12,066 bases of DNA from Longivirga aurantiaca (lineage in GTDB: Bacteria > Actinomycetota > Actinomycetes > S36-B12 > CAIYMF01). The translations under genes were made by a program, and so were the position numbers. The stretch lies in the NCBI RefSeq assembly GCF_042660085.1, contig NZ_JBHSTI010000012.1:1-12066 (forward strand), written 5' to 3'. Position 1 is the first letter of the stretch. Each line of letters starts with the position of its first letter. The notes beneath the pieces were generated by a model. That model had not been told where the DNA came from and made no database searches. It worked only from the letters and a program-made list of their open reading frames with translations. This document shows, one piece after another, positions 1 through 8,595 of the stretch.

Positions 1-92
1 ACGACGACGTCGACGACACGGGCCTGTCCGGACTCGCGCTCGTGCAGCGCGAGCTCGGCGGCACGGTCATGACCGAGTACGACAACGGCTGA
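1..92 (+). CDS. 3' end of an upstream CDS cut by the window edge (last 29 codons: [29 protein letters not shown]); product not identifiable. Actinobacteria usually have ybaB/ebfC at this position immediately upstream of recR.
   Basis: Reading frame 3 is open from the window edge to TGA at 90-92. 28 of 29 codons end in G or C, matching the third-position bias of the secure genes here. The stop lies 16 nt before the recR start. Any family call rests on synteny only. Confidence 0.55.
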   Translation, partial: DDVDDTGLSGLALVQRELGGTVMTEYDNG

Positions 93-108
93 GCCGGACG
101 GGATCACT

Positions 109-708
109 GTGTACGAGGGCGTTGTCCAGGACCTGATCGACGAGCTCGGCCGACTTCCCGGCGTCGGGCCGAAGAGCGCTCAGCGCATCGCGTTCCACGT
201 GCTGCAGGCCGAGCCCACCGACGTCCGCCGGCTCGCGCACGCGCTCATCGAGGTGAAGGACAAGGTCCGGTTCTGCGCGGTCTGCGGCAACGTCGCCGAG
301 GACGTCGAGTGCCGCATCTGCAAGGACCCTCGTCGCGACCCGTCGGTGCTGTGCGTCGTCGAGGAGCCCAAGGACGTCGTGGCGATCGAGCGAACGCGGG
401 AGTTCCGCGGTCGCTACCACGTGCTCGGCGGCGCGATCAGCCCGATCGAGGGGATCGGGCCCGACGACCTCCGGGTGCGCGAGCTCATGATGCGCCTGGC
501 CGACGGCAGCATCACCGAGCTCATCCTCGCCACCGACCCCAACCTCGAGGGCGAGGCGACGGCGACCTACCTCGCGCGGCTGACCAAGCCGCTCGGGCTC
601 ATCGTCACCCGCCTTGCGAGCGGCCTCCCCGTGGGCGGCGACCTCGAGTACGCCGACGAGGTGACGCTCGGCCGCGCGTTCGAGGGACGTCGACGCGTCG
701 AGTTCTGA
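109..708 (+). CDS. recR: Recombination protein RecR (199 aa)
   Basis: GTG start. The N-terminus [30 protein letters not shown] is the RecR helix-hairpin-helix. A C4 zinc finger is present ([16 protein letters not shown]). The Toprim region ([26 protein letters not shown] ... [12 protein letters not shown]) and the C-terminal [19 protein letters not shown] are near-colinear with mycobacterial RecR as I remember it. Confidence 0.96.
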   Translation: MYEGVVQDLIDELGRLPGVGPKSAQRIAFHVLQAEPTDVRRLAHALIEVKDKVRFCAVCGNVAEDVECRICKDPRRDPSVLCVVEEPKDVVAIERTREFRGRYHVLGGAISPIEGIGPDDLRVRELMMRLADGSITELILATDPNLEGEATATYLARLTKPLGLIVTRLASGLPVGGDLEYADEVTLGRAFEGRRRVEF

Positions 709-720
709 CACGCTGTCCCC

Positions 721-1308
721 ATGAGCGACCAGGTGCACGACCACGACCTCGACGAGGATGCGGCACCCGCCGACCTCGCGGACCTCTCCGACCACATGGC
801 GGGCGCCGCCGCGCAGTTCGTGCGCAGCGTCGAGGCGGTCGCCGGTGCGGGCGTGCCGGACGAAGCGGTGTCGATCCTGCTGCTCGAACTGTCCTCGCTC
901 CTCGCGGCCGGTGCCCCGCTCGGCGCGATCGAGGACGTCGTCCCCGACGAGCGGTTCGAGCCCGACGCCGGTGCCGAGCCCGACGTCGACCGCCTGCGCA
1001 ACACGCTGCACGAGCTCCTCGGCCCGGTCGACGACTACGTCGAGGTCTTCGACCCGTACGCCGGCCCCGAGGTGATGGCCGCGCGGCTGTCCGACGACCT
1101 GTCGCAGATCACCTCCGACCTGCTGCACGGCCTGGCCCACCACGCGGCCGGCCGCCCGCTCGAGGCACTGTGGTGGTGGCAGTTCTCCTACCTGTCGACG
1201 TGGGGCCCGGCGGCCTCGGCAGCACTGCGCGCGCTGCAGTCGCTCGTCGCGCACGTGCGGCTCGAGGTGCCGATCGACGCCGACGTCGACGCCGACGCCG
1301 CGCTCTGA
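721..1308 (+). CDS. Acidic hypothetical protein, DUF5063-type (195 aa)
   Basis: ATG lies 12 nt after the recR stop. GC3 is high, the N-terminus is strongly acidic, and the C-terminal motif LEALWWWQFSYLSTWG matches my memory of the DUF5063 family. That family is commonly found directly downstream of recR in Actinobacteria. The family call has not been checked by HMM. Confidence 0.75.
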   Translation: MSDQVHDHDLDEDAAPADLADLSDHMAGAAAQFVRSVEAVAGAGVPDEAVSILLLELSSLLAAGAPLGAIEDVVPDERFEPDAGAEPDVDRLRNTLHELLGPVDDYVEVFDPYAGPEVMAARLSDDLSQITSDLLHGLAHHAAGRPLEALWWWQFSYLSTWGPAASAALRALQSLVAHVRLEVPIDADVDADAAL

Positions 1309-1332
1309 CGACGCCGAGAGATCACGCTCCGT

Positions 1333-1349
1333 ATGCGCGGTTCGCGCAT
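1333..1349 (+). terminator. Candidate intrinsic terminator hairpin after the recR/DUF5063 pair
   Basis: Perfect 7-bp stem ATGCGCG (1333-1339) / CGCGCAT (1343-1349) with a GTT loop, 25 nt after the stop at 1306-1308. There is no U-tract, which is common for actinobacterial terminators but lowers confidence. Confidence 0.3.
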
Positions 1350-1415
1350 CGGACAGCCTCCCGGCGCTCAAGCGGGGCCGTGGCATAGTCGATCCTCAGG
1401 AGGGGACCGTCCTCG

Positions 1416-1436
1416 CTCGTCACCGCCGGTGACGAG
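1416..1436 (+). promoter_or_regulatory. Perfect 9-bp inverted repeat in the leader of the M15 peptidase gene; function unknown
   Basis: CTCGTCACC (1416-1424) / GGTGACGAG (1428-1436) with a GCC loop, 24 nt upstream of the GTG at 1461. It could be an RNA hairpin or a protein operator. The inverted repeat is directly visible; the role is not. Confidence 0.2.
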
Positions 1437-1460
1437 GGCGGCCCGGGAGCGGGGAAGCCT

Positions 1461-3011
1461 GTGCGCGGACTGGCCCGGTCGGCAGCGGCCACGGCAGTGA
1501 TCGCGCTGTCGGCTGCGCTGCTCGTCGTGCCGGCAAGCGCCGTCGCCGTCCCGCCCTCAGCGGTCGACGACTCCGTCACCCTCCCCGGTCGCACCGTGGT
1601 CGTGGTGGACGTCCTCGGCAACGACACGTGGACCGGCACGCCCGACCTCGTCGTCCCCCGTCGCAACCAGACCGGCGGCCCGGAGCACGGCAGCGCCACC
1701 GTCACGACCACGACCGTCGACGGCGTCGAGCGGCCCGCGGTGTCGTACGACCCCGACAACAGCTGGTACGGCGTCGACACCTTCACCTACACGCTCACCG
1801 ACGGCTCGGGCCGGGACGCGGTCGCGACGGTCACGGCCACGACGACCCCGGTGCCCCCGACCGCCGGGCCCGACGCCGCGACCACTCCGCCCGGGGCCGA
1901 GGTGCGGATCCCGGTGCTCGGCAACGACAGCGACTCCTACGACGAGAGCCTGACCGTCACCTCCGTCGCCAACCCCGCGCGCGGCACGGCCGTCATCGAC
2001 GGCAGCGATGTGCTCTACACGCCGGACGACGGGTGGAGCGGCACGGAGACCTTCAACTACCGCATCACGTCGGCGACGGGCGCGACCGCGGTCGGACCCA
2101 TCACGGTGACCACGCTCGCCTCCACGCCCGGCCACTCCATCACGGTGTCGGCCACGCCGACCGTCATCGTCCAGCGCTACCTGGGCTTCAAGGGCGCCGT
2201 CGACCCGCTGGACGGCGGCCCCGTCACCGTCACCGTGCAGCGCAGGACCAGTGCCGGGTGGAAGACCGTCACGACCACGACGGCCAGGTCGAACGGGTCG
2301 TGGTACGTCCTCATCAAGCCGGACGTCGTGGGCACGATCTCCTGGCGCGCGCGTGCGGTCTGGGCCGACGGGTCGTCGTCCGTCGCGGAGACGCAGAGCA
2401 CCGTGACGGCCTCGGCCGACGCGGTGGTCTCGGGTCCGCTCACCCGCTCGTCCGTCCCGTACTCGTACCGCAACGGCTGCCCCGTCGGTCCGTCGCAGCT
2501 GCGCCGGATCTCGGTGAACTACTGGGCGTACGACGGCACGGTGAAGCGCGGCGACATCATCGTGCGCTACTGGGCCGTCGACACCATCCGCGCGGTGTTC
2601 AAGAAGTCGTTCGACGTGAAGTTCCGCTTCAAGACCATCCGACCGGTCGACTACTTCTACGCCGGCGGCACGCGCAGCCCGAGCGGCTCGGACATCGCGG
2701 CGATGAACGCGGGCAACACCTCGGCCTTCAACTGCCGTCCGGTCACGGGCAACCGCTACCGCATCAGCCAGCACTCGTACGGCAACGCCCTCGACATCAA
2801 CACCTTCGAGAACCCCTACGTCACCTGGTCGCGCGTGTACCCGGCGGCTGCTGAGTACCCCTACCACCGCTTCCGCAAGTACAACCTCGACGACCACGGC
2901 GTCATCTCGACGTACTCCGTCGTGGCCCAGACCTTCAAGGCGTTCGGGTGGGTGTGGGGCGGTCGCTGGTCGCCGCCGGACTACCAGCACTTCAGCAGCA
3001 ATGGCGGCTGA
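1461..3011 (+). CDS. Secreted multidomain cell-wall peptidase (516 aa): signal peptide, two cadherin/Ig-like repeats, a beta-rich middle domain and a C-terminal M15-family (VanY / D-Ala-D-Ala carboxypeptidase-like) zinc peptidase
   Basis: GTG start preceded by GGGGAAG. The signal peptide is MRGLARSAAATAVIALSAALLVVPASA|VA. The two repeats carry the VLxND ... YxPxxxxxGxDTFxY signature. The C-terminus has H438-x6-D445 (SQHSYGNALDIN, codons 2772-2774 and 2793-2795) and H510 (WGGRWSPPDYQHF, 2988-2990). This is the H-x6-D...H zinc triad of the LAS/M15 fold. Confidence 0.85.
   Translation: MRGLARSAAATAVIALSAALLVVPASAVAVPPSAVDDSVTLPGRTVVVVDVLGNDTWTGTPDLVVPRRNQTGGPEHGSATVTTTTVDGVERPAVSYDPDNSWYGVDTFTYTLTDGSGRDAVATVTATTTPVPPTAGPDAATTPPGAEVRIPVLGNDSDSYDESLTVTSVANPARGTAVIDGSDVLYTPDDGWSGTETFNYRITSATGATAVGPITVTTLASTPGHSITVSATPTVIVQRYLGFKGAVDPLDGGPVTVTVQRRTSAGWKTVTTTTARSNGSWYVLIKPDVVGTISWRARAVWADGSSSVAETQSTVTASADAVVSGPLTRSSVPYSYRNGCPVGPSQLRRISVNYWAYDGTVKRGDIIVRYWAVDTIRAVFKKSFDVKFRFKTIRPVDYFYAGGTRSPSGSDIAAMNAGNTSAFNCRPVTGNRYRISQHSYGNALDINTFENPYVTWSRVYPAAAEYPYHRFRKYNLDDHGVISTYSVVAQTFKAFGWVWGGRWSPPDYQHFSSNGG
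1560..2114 (+). other. Two tandem cadherin-like / bacterial Ig-like repeats inside the peptidase (about aa 34-127 and 134-218)
   Basis: Repeat 1 reads DDSVTLPGRTVVVVDVLGNDTW...VSYDPDNSWYGVDTFTYTLTDGSGRDAVATVTAT. Repeat 2 reads PDAATTPPGAEVRIPVLGNDSDS...VLYTPDDGWSGTETFNYRITSATGATAVGPITVTT. The pattern is the same in both copies. Boundaries are approximate. Confidence 0.7.
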
Positions 3012-3804
3012 CGCACGCCTCCTGCGACGCGGCGCCGTCTCGGTCCTGACCGCCGGCGTCGTGCTCGCCGTGGGCGGGTGCGGGGGCTCCCCGGAGCAGC
3101 AGGCTCCCGAGCCGACGCCCTCGGTATCGTCGGCCACGCCGTCCCCGTCGCCGTCTCCGAGCGCGAGCGACGCGAGCCCGTCGGCCTCGGCGACCTCCGG
3201 GACGCCGACCGCGTCGCCGTCCGGCTTCGACCGCACCGCGACGCCCGCGACCAGCAGCGGCCCGCTGTCGGGCAGCGCGCTCCCCGACCCGCAGGTTCTG
3301 GGGTCCGGCTGGGTGGCGCGCGTCGACCCCGGCAGCGCGGAGGACGGCTACACCGGCAACGGCACGCCCGTGATCGCCCGCGACCCGAAGGATCTCGCGC
3401 AGGCGATCCTGCCCATCGGCTGCGCGGACGCCTCGGTGTACGGCGTCGCGCCTCCCGTCGCCGAGCACGCGCTCGAGGTCGACTACGCCTACCGCGCGAC
3501 CGGCGCGCACGGCATCGCGCTCGCGCTCGACTTCGGTGACGAGGCCACGGCGCAGCGGTTCGTCTCGGTCTACACCGGCGCCCTGAAGCGCTGCACGCCC
3601 GGCGAGGGCGGATCGATGGTCGTGACCGTCGCGCCTGCGCCCCCTGGGGCGTTCGCGAGCGTGCAGACCGACGGGGCGTTCGGCACCACCTGGCGCGAGC
3701 TCGTCGTGCGGACCGGCGCGGTGGTGCGGCTCGTCGCCGTCGAGGGGAAGTCCACGCCCGCGCGCCCGTGGTCGCAGGTGCTGGCCTCGCTCCCCGCGCT
3801 CTGA
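3001..3804 (+). CDS. Putative lipoprotein (267 aa) with a Ser/Pro/Thr/Ala-rich linker and a Cys-containing globular C-terminal domain; possibly a PknH-like extracellular sensor fold (weak)
   Basis: The ATG at 3001 overlaps the peptidase stop (ATGGCGGCTGA, 11-nt overlap). The signal peptide has RR (LLRRGAVSVLTAGVVLAVGG|C) and a lipobox Cys27 at 3079-3081. A low-complexity SPSPSPSAS linker follows. The C-terminal domain has Cys in PIGCADA and LKRCTPG. GC3 is high throughout. Confidence 0.8.
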   Translation: MAADARLLRRGAVSVLTAGVVLAVGGCGGSPEQQAPEPTPSVSSATPSPSPSPSASDASPSASATSGTPTASPSGFDRTATPATSSGPLSGSALPDPQVLGSGWVARVDPGSAEDGYTGNGTPVIARDPKDLAQAILPIGCADASVYGVAPPVAEHALEVDYAYRATGAHGIALALDFGDEATAQRFVSVYTGALKRCTPGEGGSMVVTVAPAPPGAFASVQTDGAFGTTWRELVVRTGAVVRLVAVEGKSTPARPWSQVLASLPAL

Positions 3805-3892
3805 CCGTCCCAGCGGACCTGTGCGCGACCGTGAATCCTTCGCCCGGGACCCCCGGAGACCGCGTCTGCGAGGGCCGTTCGTCCGCCGTACC

Positions 3893-3913
3893 GGGATCCG
3901 AAACGGAGATCCC
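3893..3913 (+). other. Hairpin in the ask upstream region; function unknown
   Basis: GGGATC (3893-3898) / GATCCC (3908-3913) with a 9-nt loop whose ends can pair further. It is flanked by an 8-bp long-range inverted repeat, CGTACCGG (3887-3894) / CCGGTACG (3949-3956). Confidence 0.25.
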
Positions 3914-4009
3914 ACCATTCGGACGCGAGGGCTGTGCGATTTATCCCGCCGGTACGATGAGCGCGATTCCTGACCCTGTCGGCACCAGCACGTGAGGCGG
4001 ACCCCCACC

Positions 4010-6429
<2,420 letters not shown>

Positions 6430-6478
6430 CGCTGCTCGGCACGAGGAACGCGCTTCGGAGCCTCAGCCCCCGCCTCGG

Positions 6479-6498
6479 CCGGCGGCTCAGCCGCCCGG
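6479..6498. terminator. Candidate bidirectional terminator hairpin between convergent asd and the downstream minus-strand gene
   Basis: CCGGCGGC (6479-6486), loop TCA, GCCGCC(C)GG (6490-6498). This gives 8 GC pairs with a one-base bulge. The loop is the stop codon (TGA on the minus strand) of the 6487-7071 gene. There is no U-tract. Confidence 0.3.
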
Positions 6499-7071
6499 CG
6501 GCGTGCGGAGCTGCTCCGCCAGCCGGATGTGCCCAGTCAGCTGGGCGATCCCCTGCTCGATCCGGTCGGTCGTCATGGGCCTGACGGCATCCGCCACGGT
6601 GCCGCTGTCGACGTCGCCGAGGGCCTTCGCCAGCCACTCGAAGTGGTCCCAGAGGTCGGGTGATCCGTACTCCTCACGGCACGCCAGCACCTCGGGTGCC
6701 ATGGCGGCCCACCACCCGCACACGTGCGCGCCCAGCGTCATCTTCATGACGCGCAGGTTCATGTGTCCGCCCTGGGCGAGCGTGCCGACGTACTCCCAGT
6801 AGTTGCACGTCTCCCACGCCACGGATTCCCGCGGGATCCGGCCGTCGCGGATCTGTTCGTACGCCGTCCTCCTCATGCGCAGCATCTGCTCGCTGCCCCA
6901 TTCGCGGACGATCTCCAGCAGCTGCTCCCTCGCCACGGTGCTCGCCTGCAGCCTCAGCTGCTTCCAGATGGCGATGAAGGTCACGGCGGTGACGAGGCCC
7001 GTGAGGGCCGTCCAGAACCACTCCGAGCCCGGGCCGAGCAGGGACGCGCCGTCGGTGTTGATCACGTTCAT
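6487..7071 (-). CDS. Hypothetical single-pass membrane protein (194 aa from ATG 7071; upstream GTG at 7080 possible); pattern resembles DUF4760
   Basis: On the minus strand, GAGG (7080-7083) lies 8 nt upstream of ATG 7071. There is one N-terminal TM helix (EWFWTALTGLVTAVTFIAIW). The soluble domain is Trp/His/Cys-rich (CNYWEYVGTLAQGGHMNLRVMKMTLGAHVCGWWAAMAPEVLACREEYGSPDLWDHFEWLAKAL). Its spacing matches my recollection of DUF4760, but this is unverified. Confidence 0.7.
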   Translation of the reverse strand: MNVINTDGASLLGPGSEWFWTALTGLVTAVTFIAIWKQLRLQASTVAREQLLEIVREWGSEQMLRMRRTAYEQIRDGRIPRESVAWETCNYWEYVGTLAQGGHMNLRVMKMTLGAHVCGWWAAMAPEVLACREEYGSPDLWDHFEWLAKALGDVDSGTVADAVRPMTTDRIEQGIAQLTGHIRLAEQLRTPPGG

Positions 7072-7184
7072 GGCGACCACCTCGGGACTGGTGCCAGGAC
7101 CTCCCGCGGAGGTGCTGCTGGCTGCGCCGTCGATGCTGCCGCCTCGGCTCGGCGCTGCGCCGGGAAAGCCGGGAGTTGCTCGGC

Positions 7185-7679
7185 CTACCGGCGGCGAGCC
7201 GCCTCGAGGGCCTCACCGATGGCCACCGCACCGGCGCGCGATTCGTCGACGGTCACGGCGAACCGGCGGCCGCCCTCGAGCCCGAGCACGATGCCGGGCC
7301 CGCGCCGGATCACCGCTGCCGACGCGCGCGCCCACGGGATCCAGCGGTAGCCCCAGCCGCCCCACTCCATCGGATCGATCTGCCCGGCGCTGACCTCGCG
7401 GATGTCGGCGAGCGCAAGAGTGCGTCGCGGCCAGCCGAAGGGGCCGTAGGCGACGACGACGCGGTCGTCCTCGACGCGCATGACGAGAGAGCTGAGCAGG
7501 TAACCGGCGACGCCGACGACGACCGCGACGACCACGAGGAGCCAGCCGATCCAGGCGGGTGCGCCCGTTCCGCGGGTCGCGAGGAGGAGCGCCCCGCCGA
7601 CCCCGCCGATCACGAGCACGATGCCGAGGCTGAGGAGGGCGAGCCCCCGGCTCGCGCAGCGGCCCGTCCAACGCGTCAC
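7185..7679 (-). CDS. Small membrane protein (164 aa from GTG 7679) with two TM helices and a C-terminal bacterial PH-like domain
   Basis: The TM helices are GLALLSLGIVLVIGGVGGALLLA and WIGWLLVVVAVVVGVAGYLLSSLV. They are followed by VEDDRVVVAYGPFGWPRRTLALADIREV...GWGYRW...AVIRRGPGIVLGLEGGRRFAVTVDES, typical of bPH domains. The track start at 7832 would overlap the divergent MBL gene and adds a non-protein-like Arg/Pro-rich extension. GTG 7679 is the first plausible start. Confidence 0.7.
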   Translation of the reverse strand: MTRWTGRCASRGLALLSLGIVLVIGGVGGALLLATRGTGAPAWIGWLLVVVAVVVGVAGYLLSSLVMRVEDDRVVVAYGPFGWPRRTLALADIREVSAGQIDPMEWGGWGYRWIPWARASAAVIRRGPGIVLGLEGGRRFAVTVDESRAGAVAIGEALEAARRR

Positions 7680-7686
7680 GGCGTCG

Positions 7687-7692
7687 ACCCTA
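7687..7692 (-). promoter_or_regulatory. Candidate -10 hexamer TAGGGT (minus strand) for a leaderless transcript of the PH-domain membrane protein
   Basis: The TANNNT hexamer lies 7 nt upstream of the GTG at 7679. The same bases could instead act as a weak SD. Sequence pattern only. Confidence 0.25.
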
Positions 7693-7761
7693 CCGAGCGT
7701 GCGGCGACCACTCGTCCGGGGAACATCCCGATGATCGGCCGCACACCGGTGGGCTCGTGGG

Positions 7762-7767
7762 TAGTCT
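7762..7767 (+). promoter_or_regulatory. Candidate -10 hexamer TAGTCT for a leaderless transcript of the MBL-fold hydrolase gene
   Basis: The TANNNT hexamer ends 6 nt before the GTG at 7774, and there is no SD-like purine tract in between. This is the geometry reported for leaderless mRNAs in Actinobacteria. Confidence 0.3.
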
Positions 7768-7773
7768 GCGCCG

Positions 7774-8595
7774 GTGCGACTGATGCTGCTGGGAGTCCGA
7801 GGGTCCACCCCCGCGCCGGGCGAGGACTTCACCCGCTACGGCGGTCACACCTCGTGCGTGGCCGTGTTCCATGACGGCAGCGACGTCCCCGCCCTCGTGC
7901 TCGATGCCGGCACGGGGCTGCGCGACCTCACCAAGGTGCTCGCGGGGGCGCCGTACCGCGGATCGATCCTGGTGAGCCACCTGCACTGGGACCACGTGCA
8001 GGGCCTGCCGTTCTTCGTCGCGGGCGACCGGCCGGACGCCGAGGTCGACTTCTACGTGCCCGCACAGAACGCGCGGACAGGCCGCGATCTGCTGGCCGCC
8101 GCGATGGCGCCGCCGAACTTCCCGATCACGCCCGAGGGCCTGCAGGGGAAGTGGACCTTCACGGCGCTCGAGGCCGGCTACCACCAGGTCGCCGGCTTCC
8201 GGGTGCGCGCGACCGAGGTGAAGCACAAGGGCGGTCGCACGTTCGGCTACCGCGTGAGCGACGACACGGGCTCGATCGCCTACCTGCCCGACCACATCAC
8301 CTCCACCGGCGTCAGTAACGAGGTGAAGGACCTGATTCACGACGTCGACGTGCTGCTGCACGACGCGCAGTTCGTGGAGAAGGAGCGGGCGCTGTCCGAC
8401 GCCTACGGGCACTCGACGGTCGATGACGCCATTGCCCTCGCCCGCGAGTGCGGTGCGCGTCGGTTGGTGGCGTTCCACCACGGACCAGCTCGCACCGACG
8501 ACGCGCTCGACGCGCTCGTGGTCAACCACGCCGACGAGCCCTGGGTGTCGTTCGCCCGTCAGGGCGACGTCGTCGTCGTCGGCCGTCCCGCCTAG
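7774..8595 (+). CDS. MBL-fold metallo-hydrolase (273 aa), Lactamase_B_2-like; substrate unknown
   Basis: The N-terminus is MRLMLLGVRGSTPAPGEDFTRYGGHTSCVAV. The metal motif HLHWDH (H-x-H-x-D-H) is at 7978-7995. Later His/Asp ligands sit in TEVKHKGG, YLPDH, LLHDAQF and AFHHGP. Confidence 0.88.
   Translation: MRLMLLGVRGSTPAPGEDFTRYGGHTSCVAVFHDGSDVPALVLDAGTGLRDLTKVLAGAPYRGSILVSHLHWDHVQGLPFFVAGDRPDAEVDFYVPAQNARTGRDLLAAAMAPPNFPITPEGLQGKWTFTALEAGYHQVAGFRVRATEVKHKGGRTFGYRVSDDTGSIAYLPDHITSTGVSNEVKDLIHDVDVLLHDAQFVEKERALSDAYGHSTVDDAIALARECGARRLVAFHHGPARTDDALDALVVNHADEPWVSFARQGDVVVVGRPA

Noticed and set aside
67-1386. 439-aa minus-strand ORF, and the 359-aa plus ORF at 309-1388, overlapping recR and the DUF5063 gene
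   Set aside because: These are antisense or off-frame shadows of securely identified genes. Their translations are Arg/Gly/Val/Asp-rich low-complexity strings typical of non-coding frames in high-GC DNA, with no recognisable motifs.
1557-3236. 559-aa minus-strand ORF and 408-aa plus off-frame ORF (1628-2854) over the M15 peptidase gene
   Set aside because: Same artefact. The peptidase frame has a signal peptide, repeats and a complete zinc motif, while the alternatives are Arg/Gly/His-rich with no structure.
3768-3995. 75-aa plus-strand ORF spanning the lipoprotein 3' end and the ask leader
   Set aside because: By hand count, third-position G+C after 3805 is only about 71%, against about 90% in real genes here. 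It overlaps the lipoprotein gene in another frame. Only its last 12 codons (the uORF) are kept as a speculative observation.
3805-4009. Lysine (L-box) riboswitch upstream of aspartate kinase
   Set aside because: L-box elements precede lysC in Firmicutes, but I could not find the conserved L-box core sequences or the five-helix arrangement here. I am not aware of L-boxes upstream of actinobacterial ask. An Rfam scan is needed for certainty.
6503-7393. Plus-strand ORFs 6503-6802, 6724-7350 and 6803-7393, and the minus ORF 6674-7231
   Set aside because: They overlap the better-supported minus-strand genes 6487-7071 and 7185-7679. They lack SD or start context and have Arg/Ser/Pro-rich composition.
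7680-7832. Upstream extension of the PH-domain membrane protein to the track start at 7832
   Set aside because: It would overlap the divergent MBL gene by 59 nt. The extra 51 residues (MKSSPGAGVDPRTPSSISRTGADYPRAHRCAADHRDVPRTSGRR...) look like translated intergenic DNA. The first credible start is GTG 7679, just before the first TM helix.
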